Positions 1 to 9,986 of a stretch of DNA of 64,000 bases are shown one piece after another. The translations under genes and the position numbers were made by a program. The DNA is taken from positions 77,743 to 141,742 of the forward strand of contig CAYHJF010000001.1 of assembly GCA_964356915.1 (NCBI GenBank), read 5' to 3'. The notes under the pieces were generated by a model. That model saw nothing but the letters and a program-made list of their open reading frames with translations. It was not told the DNA's origin and ran no database searches. Source of the stretch: an uncultured Candidatus Saccharibacteria bacterium. Lineage in GTDB: Bacteria > Patescibacteriota > Minisyncoccia > Ryanbacterales > GWA2-47-10b. Numbering within the stretch: the first letter of the stretch is position 1; each line of letters begins with the position of its first letter.

Positions 1-111
1 GCGCATTGGCACGACCATCTTTTGCAGGAGCGCGCGTATATACTTTTAAAAACGCGCCAAACTCAAGCACTTTCTCTACGCGCGCTTGCGGATGTACCTC
101 TACAGAAATTT

Positions 112-402
112 TCATTGAGTACGTCGACGGAACAACCAATGTCGCCGTTGAACATAGACCAATTCCCACCAATACTCTCCGAGCCGAAAACCTGCCCATA
201 CACCAGCAATGAACACGATAAAACTAATGCCCCGATACACGAAGAAAAGCGTTGACCACGTAAGACCAAAACTATACGCCTCAAAATCCCGTGCAAGTAA
301 TTGTAGATACCAAAGTTCGAGCAACGCCTGCAACACAAAAGCGATCAACCCCCCAAGGAAAATTGAGAGAAAGATATAGATACGATGTTTGAGTACTCCC
401 AT
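112..402 (-). CDS. hypothetical small membrane protein
   Basis: 96-aa ORF with 2-3 hydrophobic helices; no recognisable motif. Confidence 0.3.
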   Translation of the reverse strand: MGVLKHRIYIFLSIFLGGLIAFVLQALLELWYLQLLARDFEAYSFGLTWSTLFFVYRGISFIVFIAGVWAGFRLGEYWWELVYVQRRHWLFRRRTQ

Positions 403-410
403 ATACTCTA

Positions 411-677
411 TTATATTTCTTTCTCGAATTCTGGGAAATAGCCCTTGATATCACCTATATCAAACTCCTTAAGAATAGACTCTTTTGGTTCACGAGTAAG
501 TAAAAACCGAAATGCATCCTGAATAAATTGTTCGGGAGTGCGTCCCTGAGCAAACTGCACGTAATACGCCTCTTGGATAGTAACCGTAAAGTCACGAGCT
601 GAGACAAACTCATCAACCGTTACTTCGTAGCGTCTCTCTCCTACCTCTTGGACTTCAATCTGCGCGGTACGTCCCAT
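411..677 (-). CDS. hypothetical protein
   Basis: 88-aa ORF ending just upstream of the next minus-strand gene; no motif. Confidence 0.3.
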   Translation of the reverse strand: MGRTAQIEVQEVGERRYEVTVDEFVSARDFTVTIQEAYYVQFAQGRTPEQFIQDAFRFLLTREPKESILKEFDIGDIKGYFPEFEKEI

Positions 678-679
678 AC

Positions 680-1396
680 TTATCGGAATCGAACGGGCAC
701 GGCAAAAGATTTTGCATACTCAGGTAGACCGCTGGGATTATCATTCTCAAAAAGTACGTACCCTGTATTTGCGGTTGGCGCTCCAAATGAAAGCTTACCT
801 TCAAACTCCACAAAATCCTCTGTCATCCATTCGCCCTTTGCCTGTAACGGTCCTTTGGCAATCAATTTATTATTTTCATCAAAGATACTTACGGGCATAT
901 TTGCTTCAAAAAACCACGTGCCCCGTGCCTTACCCTTGAGCACGAGTGGAGTTGAGATAATTGAATTTGCAACAGGACTTTCGATAACAACTTCTGGTAC
1001 TTGTTGGCGTTCATAGGTAATCGGTATATGTCGGGACTCAACGGACGTACCATCCGCTCCGTATACTCGAGCCCATACCTCACCCTCGAGGCGTAACTCT
1101 CCTAATAAAAAACGCTCTTCATTATTTGGCAACTCTTTTCGAAAAATCGTATCGGCGTCAGCGTCAGCTCCTTGGTATAATATTTCTTCTTTAACAACAT
1201 TTTTTGTATGAAGAACGACTGATGAATCGGAACCGTGAACAACGGTTTTACCATCCATACGACTCGGGACGATCGAGATCTCTTCTACTATTGGCTCTTG
1301 CTTCTGATATACCTGTTTTCGTTCAGGTAAAAATTTGAGCGCGAGCGCAATAATGGCCAGTAAAATCCAAAACCCAAAAAATAATTTTCCTTTCAT
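680..1396 (-). CDS. membrane-anchored protein with C-terminal Gmad2-like Ig domain
   Basis: N-terminal TM (FFGFWILLAIIALAL); C-terminal region (GTWFFEA...GEWMTEDFVEFEGKLSF) resembles Gmad2 Ig-like domains. Confidence 0.45.
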   Translation of the reverse strand: MKGKLFFGFWILLAIIALALKFLPERKQVYQKQEPIVEEISIVPSRMDGKTVVHGSDSSVVLHTKNVVKEEILYQGADADADTIFRKELPNNEERFLLGELRLEGEVWARVYGADGTSVESRHIPITYERQQVPEVVIESPVANSIISTPLVLKGKARGTWFFEANMPVSIFDENNKLIAKGPLQAKGEWMTEDFVEFEGKLSFGAPTANTGYVLFENDNPSGLPEYAKSFAVPVRFR

Positions 1397-4254
1397 AGTA
1401 CGATATTTACAAGCTTATTACCCACAATAATAATATTCTTCGGTTCTTGCCCATTTATATATTTCTTAATCTGCTCGCTTGAAAGCGCGCGCTCTTTCAT
1501 CTCCTGTTCGGTAATAGTTGCGGCAACTTCAATAATCTCACGCATCTTACCATTAACCTGAATCACGAGTTTGACAGAAACATCATGCGTTAGCGCCTCA
1601 TCGTAAGTTGGCCACATACTCTTATGAATTGAGTCTTTCTCGCCGAGCATCTCAAAAAGCTCGTCAGCGACGTGAGGAGCGAGCGGGGCGAGAAGCTTTA
1701 GAAAATCTTTAAGATCTTTTTTACCAACAATCCGACCACCCTCTTCAAACGTGTTGAGACAAATCATAAGTGCAGAAATCGCCGTATTAAATTGAAGCGA
1801 CTCCATATCTTCACTCACTTTCTTAATTGCCTTTGCAATCGCACGCTCCGCTATCTCATCGGATTCACCATCGATAACGCATTCCTTAAAATCCCATACT
1901 CGGCTCAAAAATCGTACCATGCCCCGAATGCCTGTATCTTGAAAATCTCCTCCCTCCGTCAGCGGTGCCATAAAAGCCAAATACATGCGCAGTGCATCTG
2001 CTCCGTACACACGCAAATAATCGTCGGGGTTTATCACATTGCCACGAGACTTTGACATCTTCGCTCCATCTTTCGTAATAAGTCCATGTGCGCGAAATTG
2101 CTTGATTGGTTCACCGCCAGACTCTTTTGCAAAATCAACAAACCCAAGATCGTGCAGCGCCATCGAAACAAAACGAACGTACAGAAGATGAAGTACTGAA
2201 TGTTCCGCACCACCAATATACGAGTGAACGGGCGCCCATGTGCGAGCACGAGACTCTGATACAAATTCTTTTTTATTACTTGGATCGAGATAACGTAAGT
2301 AATACCACGCAGAATCTAAAAACGTATCTGAAACATCTGTTTCTCGGCGCGCCTTACCTCCACACTTCGGGCACGTCGTTTCATAAAACTCCGGAAAGTT
2401 CGCGAGCGGTGCTTTATCTGTTCCCGTCGGACGAAATTCTTTTACATCAGGTAACAACACAGGCAAATTTTCCTCCTTCTCTGAAATCCATTCTTTACAC
2501 GAGTCACACCAAATCATCGGGATTGGTGGTCCCCAATAACGCTGTCGAGAAATAAGCCAATCACGAAGACGATAATTTGTCTGTTGCTTCCCCTTAACTT
2601 TTTCTGTAATTTTCCATTTTGCTTCTCTCGAACTCATCCCATCAAACTCTCCTGAATTTGTCAGTATGCCATCTCCGGAATATATTTCTCCTAAAACCAA
2701 ACGTCGAAATCCAAGAAGATGATTTTCATCCTCCATTTTTTGCAAAACCTCATCTTTTGTCAGCCACTCGATAGTAAAATTTCCTTTTTCATCATGTTGG
2801 AGATTTTCTTCAACTCGCTCATCTCCTTTCAGCCGAAAATAAAGACTAGTCACCTCAATATTGCGCGCGACATTCTTTGAAAACGCAAAGTAGTGGTGAT
2901 GCATGAGCTCTGACTTTGCCACAAACTCTAGTTGCGTATACCCCGTTTCTTCTTGAATCTCACGGAGTGCTGTTGCTACCTCATCTTCACCCTCTTCACG
3001 CCCCCCACCAATAAACAGCGTCCCGCCAAGTTTTGACCCCCAGTTCAATGTTAAAAATTTCTTATGCTTTGGATCCTCAACAATAGCGACAATACTCCTG
3101 CGATGCTGTTCGTCCGGCATTATCTTCCCTGTCTCTGGCTCAATGACCAACGCAATAGGAAGTTCAAACTTCTTTGCAAATTCAAAATCACGCTCATCGT
3201 GTGCTGGCACTGCCATGATCGCGCCTGTACCATATCCGCCAAGTACATAATCCGCGACCCAAACCGGAATCTGCTTATCAGTCGCAGGATTGATCGCATA
3301 GATACCACTAAAAACCCCTGTTTTTTCTTTTCCGAGAGCCAAACGCTCCTCTTCTTTTCCACCAAGGCTCTTCGTGATGTATGCCCTTACTTCGTCGGGT
3401 GCCTGCCACCCAATATCAAGCCAAAATTTTGCAGTCTCTGGCGAGATAACAAGAAAAGTTGTGCCAAAAAGTGTATCGGGGCGTGTCGTAAATACATCTA
3501 CCGAATGTTTGCCGTCTTCTTGTCCCGGGATACCGGTGAGTGGAAATGTGATAAGAGCACCCTCTGATTTACCGATCCAATTACGCTGAGCAGTTGTAAT
3601 TCGCCCATCCCAATCAATATGATCGAGACCATCTAAAAGTCGTCCGGCGTATTTCGTAATTTTGAAAAACCACTGCTCTAATTCTTTTTGAATAACCTCT
3701 GTTCCACATCGCTCACATTTTCCAGCGATCACCTGTTCATTTGCGAGTACGGTCAAACACTTCGGGCACCAATTGACCGATGCTTTTTTTCGATACGCAA
3801 GCCCCGCCTTAAAAAGCTGAATAAACAGCCACTGTGTCCAGCGATAATATTCGGGGTCATACGTCTCGAGTTTTTCGTCCCATGCAAATGCATTGCCAAT
3901 CTCATGCAACTGACGATAAAAATTTTCCTCAGTGCGTAGAGCAAGTTTTTTTGGATGCTCCCCAATCTTAATGGCGTAATTTTCTGAATTGATACCAAAT
4001 CCATCAAGTCCCATTGGCTGAAACACATCATGTCCCTGCATTCGCTTAAAGCGTCCGTATATATCAACTCCCGTAAATGTGCGCACACCTCCAATATGCA
4101 ACCCCTCCGCGGATGGATAGGGGAACATCATGAGATTATAAAAAGGCTTCTTGGGATTATCTAGATCCGGCTCGTACAAACGGTCTTGCAACCACCGCTC
4201 GCGCCACTTTTTCTCAATCTTTTTAAAATCGTACGCCTTCATGAATTCTTTCAT
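1393..4254 (-). CDS. leuS: leucyl-tRNA synthetase, with an inserted Nudix domain
   Basis: HIGG-type class I motif, TTRPDTLFG editing motif, GTGAIMAVPAHDERDFEFA, NSGEFDGM, RLRDWLISRQRYWG and KMSKS all present; 953 aa; extra ~150 aa carries a Nudix box. Confidence 0.93.
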   Translation of the reverse strand: MKEFMKAYDFKKIEKKWRERWLQDRLYEPDLDNPKKPFYNLMMFPYPSAEGLHIGGVRTFTGVDIYGRFKRMQGHDVFQPMGLDGFGINSENYAIKIGEHPKKLALRTEENFYRQLHEIGNAFAWDEKLETYDPEYYRWTQWLFIQLFKAGLAYRKKASVNWCPKCLTVLANEQVIAGKCERCGTEVIQKELEQWFFKITKYAGRLLDGLDHIDWDGRITTAQRNWIGKSEGALITFPLTGIPGQEDGKHSVDVFTTRPDTLFGTTFLVISPETAKFWLDIGWQAPDEVRAYITKSLGGKEEERLALGKEKTGVFSGIYAINPATDKQIPVWVADYVLGGYGTGAIMAVPAHDERDFEFAKKFELPIALVIEPETGKIMPDEQHRRSIVAIVEDPKHKKFLTLNWGSKLGGTLFIGGGREEGEDEVATALREIQEETGYTQLEFVAKSELMHHHYFAFSKNVARNIEVTSLYFRLKGDERVEENLQHDEKGNFTIEWLTKDEVLQKMEDENHLLGFRRLVLGEIYSGDGILTNSGEFDGMSSREAKWKITEKVKGKQQTNYRLRDWLISRQRYWGPPIPMIWCDSCKEWISEKEENLPVLLPDVKEFRPTGTDKAPLANFPEFYETTCPKCGGKARRETDVSDTFLDSAWYYLRYLDPSNKKEFVSESRARTWAPVHSYIGGAEHSVLHLLYVRFVSMALHDLGFVDFAKESGGEPIKQFRAHGLITKDGAKMSKSRGNVINPDDYLRVYGADALRMYLAFMAPLTEGGDFQDTGIRGMVRFLSRVWDFKECVIDGESDEIAERAIAKAIKKVSEDMESLQFNTAISALMICLNTFEEGGRIVGKKDLKDFLKLLAPLAPHVADELFEMLGEKDSIHKSMWPTYDEALTHDVSVKLVIQVNGKMREIIEVAATITEQEMKERALSSEQIKKYINGQEPKNIIIVGNKLVNIVL

Positions 4255-4310
4255 GCTATGGGAAAAAACACTTCAAATCAAATGAAAAACCCCGTCAAAG
4301 ACGGGGGTGA

Positions 4311-5156
4311 CTAATCTAAAAGCATCATAGCGACAAGAGTATGAACGCGCCGAGCAAATGTAGGAACATCTTCATGCTCCAAAATATCGATCGGATGACC
4401 AAATTCAAGCGTGAGACGTGCGCCAGATTTGAGGCGCAAAAGAGAACCTTTGGGGAGCGCTTTATGCGCGCCGGAAAGTGCGAGTGGCACGATCGGGAGC
4501 TTTGCCTCTTTGGCAATCGCAAAAGGTCCCTTCTTGAATTCGCCAAGTCGCCCATCGTGCGAGCGTGTTCCTTCAGCAAAGAAAATGAGATTGACCGTCG
4601 GATCTGCTTGTACTGTGGCACGGATTGCCGCCATTGATTGTGCATGATCTGCCCGATCAATGATTGCCTGCGCACTCACCCGTGCAAGCGCTCCGACAAT
4701 CGGGTACGAAAGTACCTCTCTTTTTGCAACAAACCGCGCAAATGGAATTGTAGCGACAAGAAGCAAAACATCGAGCACGCTCTGATGATTTACCACGATC
4801 ACATGAGACCGCGACCAATCAACGCGATCATATCCGATGACCCGAACATCGATCCCTGCGCGTTCCAAGATCCATGGCGCCCAAAATCGTCGTACAAGAC
4901 GCCAATTGTATCGACTGCGCGTACGATCGCGCCACGCGCGGTCTCCCGCATAGACGCGCTGACACTCTGGATATTCGCGATGCCCTGTGCAAACAGGCGT
5001 ATGTCGCCTTAGTACTCGTATCGCACGTCTACCAATAACGATAGTCCGCCAAAACGCCGCGAGAACGATATAGGTATTACGAATAGCATTGTATGGGTGT
5101 CGAAGATATTGACCGACCGTCCATACAGGATACTTTGCATACGTCAGTGCGTTCAC
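4311..5156 (-). CDS. 1-acyl-sn-glycerol-3-phosphate acyltransferase-like (LPLAT family)
   Basis: FAEGTRS motif, N-terminal TM and a PlsC-like HxxxxD region; true start may be internal. Confidence 0.55.
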   Translation of the reverse strand: MNALTYAKYPVWTVGQYLRHPYNAIRNTYIVLAAFWRTIVIGRRAIRVLRRHTPVCTGHREYPECQRVYAGDRAWRDRTRSRYNWRLVRRFWAPWILERAGIDVRVIGYDRVDWSRSHVIVVNHQSVLDVLLLVATIPFARFVAKREVLSYPIVGALARVSAQAIIDRADHAQSMAAIRATVQADPTVNLIFFAEGTRSHDGRLGEFKKGPFAIAKEAKLPIVPLALSGAHKALPKGSLLRLKSGARLTLEFGHPIDILEHEDVPTFARRVHTLVAMMLLD

Positions 5157-5211
5157 ACGCGACTCCCTTCATAAGAAGAACGATTACCCTGTTCTTAGCA
5201 CGTCGCGCAAA

Positions 5212-6051
5212 TTACGCAAGCCGAAAAAGTTTTGTAGCATTCTCTGTCGTCGCGCGCGCTACCTCTTCATATGAAATACCGCGGAGCTCCGCTACTTTTT
5301 TTGCTATCTCTCGCACATACAATGGCTCGTTGCGCTTACCTCGATACGGCACCGGTGAGACATAAGGTGCATCCGTCTCAACCATAATCCGATCGAGTGG
5401 AGATTTGGTCAGGGCATCATCATAGTCACGCGCAAAGGTAATGACTCCTGTAAACGACAAATGAAATCCTAAATCTAAAAACATCTTGGCGTCTTCCCAT
5501 GAACCCGCAAAAAAATGAATCGTCCCACCCGCCTCATCGGCTTTTTCCTCGCGCAAAATTGGCGCGAGATCATGATACGCGTTTCGACAATGAATAATCA
5601 TCGGTTTTTTTACTTCGCGCGCAAGCTGAATCTGACGACGTAATGTCTCGTGCTGCTTATCTCGCTTGTCGTCCGTCTCGCCTGTCCGAAAATAATCGAG
5701 TCCACACTCTCCGATCGCTACCGTCTTTGAATCAAGCGCGAGTGTTTTGTAATAATCAAAATCAAATTCTTCTGTGCGCGTATCAAATCCCGGTACATTG
5801 TCTTCGCCGATTTCCTTGGCATCAACATGAAGCTCGGTCAGATGAATCGGGTGAAGCCCGACTGCCGCCCATACTCCGTCATCATATTTACGCGCATATT
5901 CAAGGGCACGTCGTGACGTACTTGCCTGCGACCCAACGAGAATCATCCCCACACCTCCCTCATGAGCTCGCGCAATGACCTCTGGGCCGTCCTCTTTAAA
6001 CGCATTGAAATTTACATGCGCGTGGATATCGATAAGTTCCCAATCTCTCAT
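5212..6051 (-). CDS. TatD family metal-dependent DNase/hydrolase
   Basis: IDIHAHVNF N-terminus, ETDAPY motif, ~279 aa. Confidence 0.85.
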   Translation of the reverse strand: MRDWELIDIHAHVNFNAFKEDGPEVIARAHEGGVGMILVGSQASTSRRALEYARKYDDGVWAAVGLHPIHLTELHVDAKEIGEDNVPGFDTRTEEFDFDYYKTLALDSKTVAIGECGLDYFRTGETDDKRDKQHETLRRQIQLAREVKKPMIIHCRNAYHDLAPILREEKADEAGGTIHFFAGSWEDAKMFLDLGFHLSFTGVITFARDYDDALTKSPLDRIMVETDAPYVSPVPYRGKRNEPLYVREIAKKVAELRGISYEEVARATTENATKLFRLA

Positions 6052-7607
6052 GACTGTACGGTATCAAAAGATGGGAAGAGTGCTACACCACCCTGTATAG
6101 TGACTTTTTCGTCATGCATGACGAATATATCTTTTATCTTTTGTGCGGTACTCGGCATAAACGGCTCGAGAAGAGGAACGGATGCAAGGATATGTGAGGC
6201 AAGATTCCACAGTACTGCGAGCGCCTTTTGTTCGTCAATCTTGATAAGTTTATATGGTTCGTAATCTTGAATATACCCATCGAGTAACGCAAAGAAGCTA
6301 AACAATATTTTTATGGCTTCTGTCAGCTCAGTTACTTCCATAGCGTGGCTATATCGCTCTTCTATTTCTTTATGAAAATATCGATGCAACGTCTCACTGT
6401 CGAGCTCAACGGTCTTCTCGGAAACCTCTTGGCGAAGCTGTCGCTTCAACGGAATTGTCGCGAGAATATCAGCGGGAGGCTTGGCGATACCATCTGGCGC
6501 GTATTTTTGGATCATCGTAAAGACACGCGAGACAAGATTGCCAAGTCCGTGGGCAAGATTTCCTTGATACACGTCTTGAAATCGCTCGAGCGTAAAATCC
6601 CCATCCCCACCAAATGGAATCTCGCGCATAAGAAAATACCGAAACGCATCTACACCGTATGTATCAATGATAGAAAGCGGGTTGATCACATTTCCGATTG
6701 TCTTTGACATCTTTTGCCCGCCAGAAATAATCATCCCGTGTACATAGAGCGCTTTGGGCAATGGAAGATTTGCAGCCATGAGCATCCCCGGCCAAATAAC
6801 CGCATGAAAACGTAGAATATCTTTGCCAACCACATGGAGATTGGCAGGCCACATCGTACTCATGCGCGACTCATCGGATGAACCATATCCTAAAGCCGAG
6901 AGATAGTTGGAAAGCGCGTCCGCCCACACATACATCGTATGCTCTGGATCTCGGGGCACTGGTATCCCCCAACCAATATCTTTTGAAGGGCGAGAAAAAC
7001 TAATATCTTCAACACCGTCAGCTAAAAACGCGAGAACTTCATTCTTGCGAACTTCTGGCAAAACTTGAAAGGCTCCCGACTCAATTGCACTTTTGATGCG
7101 TGAAGCATATTTTGAGAGTCGAAAAAAATAATTCTCCTCTTCTATGACTTCTGGCGCTTGATTGTGATCAGTACACTTTCCATCTACAAGATCTTTTTCT
7201 GTTACAAATGCTTCGTGCCCAATACAGTAAAGGCCTTTGTATGAAGATTTATACAAATCCCCTGACTCCATAAGCTTTTCCCACATCTTTTGCGCGCCCG
7301 GCCAATGATGTTCCTTATCCGCCGTGTAAATAAATCCATCATTGGATGCGTCAAGTCTCTGAAGTAGGTTTTTGAATTCCTCTCTTCGTTCTTCGACAAA
7401 TTTTTCGACGGGCACTCCCGCCTTTTCTGCTGAACGCAAAATCTTTGCCCCATGCTCATCCGTACCTGAAAGAAAAAACGTATCATCTCCCTTGAGGCGA
7501 TGATATCGCGCGCACACATCCGCAATCACATCAGCATACGCATGTCCTAGGTGTGGAGATGCGTTGGCATAATAAATAGGAGTTGTAATGTAAAATGTAC
7601 GGCTCAT
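6048..7607 (-). CDS. metG: methionyl-tRNA synthetase (short form)
   Basis: PIYYANASPHLGHAY (HIGH-type motif), KMSKT motif, 519 aa. Confidence 0.92.
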   Translation of the reverse strand: MSRTFYITTPIYYANASPHLGHAYADVIADVCARYHRLKGDDTFFLSGTDEHGAKILRSAEKAGVPVEKFVEERREEFKNLLQRLDASNDGFIYTADKEHHWPGAQKMWEKLMESGDLYKSSYKGLYCIGHEAFVTEKDLVDGKCTDHNQAPEVIEEENYFFRLSKYASRIKSAIESGAFQVLPEVRKNEVLAFLADGVEDISFSRPSKDIGWGIPVPRDPEHTMYVWADALSNYLSALGYGSSDESRMSTMWPANLHVVGKDILRFHAVIWPGMLMAANLPLPKALYVHGMIISGGQKMSKTIGNVINPLSIIDTYGVDAFRYFLMREIPFGGDGDFTLERFQDVYQGNLAHGLGNLVSRVFTMIQKYAPDGIAKPPADILATIPLKRQLRQEVSEKTVELDSETLHRYFHKEIEERYSHAMEVTELTEAIKILFSFFALLDGYIQDYEPYKLIKIDEQKALAVLWNLASHILASVPLLEPFMPSTAQKIKDIFVMHDEKVTIQGGVALFPSFDTVQS

Positions 7608-7616
7608 ATCGTATTT

Positions 7617-8660
7617 CTATTCTTCTTTTTTGCGCGCTTCCACATCACCCAAAAACTCGATAAGAATAACAGCGAGAGGTACTGCGATAATGATACCGAG
7701 AACCCCCGCGAGCTTGCCGCCAATCATAAGAGCGATAATCGCAAGCAATGGTGGTACACCCACGGTCTTACGGACAACTTGCGGGTAGATAAGGTGGTTT
7801 TCCATTTGTTGCACGATGAAATAAATACCCGCAACCAAAAGTCCTAAGAGCGGCTGTTGGATTGAGGCTACAACGATTGCAGGAATAGCCGCCATGATAG
7901 GACCAAAGTATGGAATCACCTCGAACACCGCGGAAAGGACTGCGAGCAAAAACGCATATCGTACCTGCAAAATCGTAAGTGCGATAAATACAAGCACGCC
8001 GATAATAACTCCGAGTAACATCTGGCCCTGAAGCCATCTACCAATTTTGCGCTGAGAGCGCGTCCACAAGCTTAATACATACGTTTCGTGCTCTTTGGGT
8101 GTCACGATGCGCAGAACATTTGCGATACCATCTTCCTGTACTGCGAGATAAAACGAGATAACAAATATAAATACAAAGGCGAAAACACTTGAAACAATCC
8201 CCGCAGTCGCGCTAAAGACGCCTCCAACCGCACCGCCAACCATCGAATTGACGCGGAGCGCCAAATCATGAAAGGTAGGCGCGATCAAATCAAACGGCAA
8301 CGCAGGAAACTTATCCTGAAGCTGTTCGAATGCCTTTTCAACTAACGTCGGAAGTTGCGCGAAGAAACTGCGAAAATCATTGGCGAGCGGTGGAATCAAA
8401 AAATAAAATATCGAGAGAATACCAAAAATCCCTCCAAGATAAATCAGCAAAACTCCAAGCACGCGCGGGATTTTCCATCGAGTAAGTCCTCGCACGAGCG
8501 GCTCTACTGAAGAAGCAATGACAACGGAGACTAAAATGATAAGCACGATATCTCGAATCGCATAAAGAAACCCGAGCCCTACAACCATGAGTAACAAGCG
8601 CGCAAGTGATCCTGTCGTAATCTGTATTGTTTGTTGCGTCTTACCTGTCATATTATCCAA
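7617..8660 (-). CDS. AI-2E family (PerM/YhhT-like) transporter
   Basis: 347 aa, ~8 TM segments, typical AI-2E topology and size. Confidence 0.7.
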   Translation of the reverse strand: MDNMTGKTQQTIQITTGSLARLLLMVVGLGFLYAIRDIVLIILVSVVIASSVEPLVRGLTRWKIPRVLGVLLIYLGGIFGILSIFYFLIPPLANDFRSFFAQLPTLVEKAFEQLQDKFPALPFDLIAPTFHDLALRVNSMVGGAVGGVFSATAGIVSSVFAFVFIFVISFYLAVQEDGIANVLRIVTPKEHETYVLSLWTRSQRKIGRWLQGQMLLGVIIGVLVFIALTILQVRYAFLLAVLSAVFEVIPYFGPIMAAIPAIVVASIQQPLLGLLVAGIYFIVQQMENHLIYPQVVRKTVGVPPLLAIIALMIGGKLAGVLGIIIAVPLAVILIEFLGDVEARKKEE

Positions 8661-9951
8661 GCTCTGTCATAAGTTTTATAAAGACATCTTTTGATTGGTG
8701 CGGACCGATAACCGTAAGATAACTATTGGATGTTCGGAAAAGTTTTTTTGCAATTCTATTGATATCCTCTTTGGATACCTTGTCGATCTTACGTTCGAGT
8801 TCTTCAGGAGTTGCGAGTTTATTGAGCAAGATCTCTTGCTCACCCAAAAATCCCGCGACCTCATCGGTCGATTCAAGCGCGATGGCGAGCCTACCTTTTG
8901 CATTATCTTTCGCGCGTGTTAATTCTTCGTTGGTCACACCTCCCTTGCGAATGCGCGCGAGATTTTCAACGATTCGCTGAACAACTTCTTGCGCCTTTGC
9001 GTGTGGAGTACCGGCATACGCGGCAAAATATCCAACTTTGCGATACGCCTCGTGCACTGCGCGCACTGCGTAGGCAAGACCTCTCCGCTCTCGGATGTCC
9101 ATGAAAAGACGTGAACTCATGTAGCCACCAAGAATAGTCGCAAGCACACCCGCAGCCATTTTATCTTTGTGCGACATATGAAAACCAGTCGTCCCAAGGA
9201 GTACGTGACTCTGCGCGGTATCTTTTTCAAAGATACGAACACGTGGACCAGCAGAAACGCGCGGAGGCTCGGGAGCTTTTTCAAATTTACCTGTGCGCAG
9301 ACCTGCGAAGGCTTTTTCAATTTTTGCAAATGTTGCGCTCTCTGAAACCTTCCCTGCGACAACAACGACGGTATTTGAAGCAACATACTGCGATTTCCAG
9401 TACTGCAAGAATGCTGAACGTTTCATCGAGTGAATATTTTTAGCAGTACCGATAACATCCCATCCGTATGGATGATCACCATATAAGTTTTCCTCAAAGA
9501 CAGACCAAATATATCGCATCGGATCATCCCAAATCATACTCATCTCTTCAAGAATCACTCCACGCTCTCGGTCAATCTCTTCTTCTTTCAAAAGTGCATC
9601 TTGTAAGATTTCCGAGACCCAATTGATACCAAATTGGGCATGCTTTGCATCAGCTTTAATCCAATATCCGGTTACCTCGCGAGAGGTAAACGCGTTGTGA
9701 ATAGCTCCGATTGCATCGAGCTGCCGATCAAGCTCACCTGGCTTTGGATATTTTTTTGTTCCTTTGAAAAACATGTGTTCCAAAAAATGAGAAAGACCAT
9801 TGATGTTTTTCTTTTCATAATTTGAACCCGTACCAATCAAAACAAGTACAGTGACGGTGTCAGTCCCTTCCATGGGAGCCACAATGGCACGGAGGCCGTT
9901 TGAGAATGTTTTTTTAGAAAATTTCATAGGAAAAGTGCTTTCAGCATACAC
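8653..9951 (-). CDS. M16 family zinc peptidase (pitrilysin/insulinase-like)
   Basis: HFLEHMFFKGT inverted zinc-binding HxxEH motif; 432 aa. Confidence 0.8.
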   Translation of the reverse strand: MYAESTFPMKFSKKTFSNGLRAIVAPMEGTDTVTVLVLIGTGSNYEKKNINGLSHFLEHMFFKGTKKYPKPGELDRQLDAIGAIHNAFTSREVTGYWIKADAKHAQFGINWVSEILQDALLKEEEIDRERGVILEEMSMIWDDPMRYIWSVFEENLYGDHPYGWDVIGTAKNIHSMKRSAFLQYWKSQYVASNTVVVVAGKVSESATFAKIEKAFAGLRTGKFEKAPEPPRVSAGPRVRIFEKDTAQSHVLLGTTGFHMSHKDKMAAGVLATILGGYMSSRLFMDIRERRGLAYAVRAVHEAYRKVGYFAAYAGTPHAKAQEVVQRIVENLARIRKGGVTNEELTRAKDNAKGRLAIALESTDEVAGFLGEQEILLNKLATPEELERKIDKVSKEDINRIAKKLFRTSNSYLTVIGPHQSKDVFIKLMTELG

Positions 9952-9986
9952 TGAAATTAAAGAAAATCAAAGGTGGATGAACGTGA

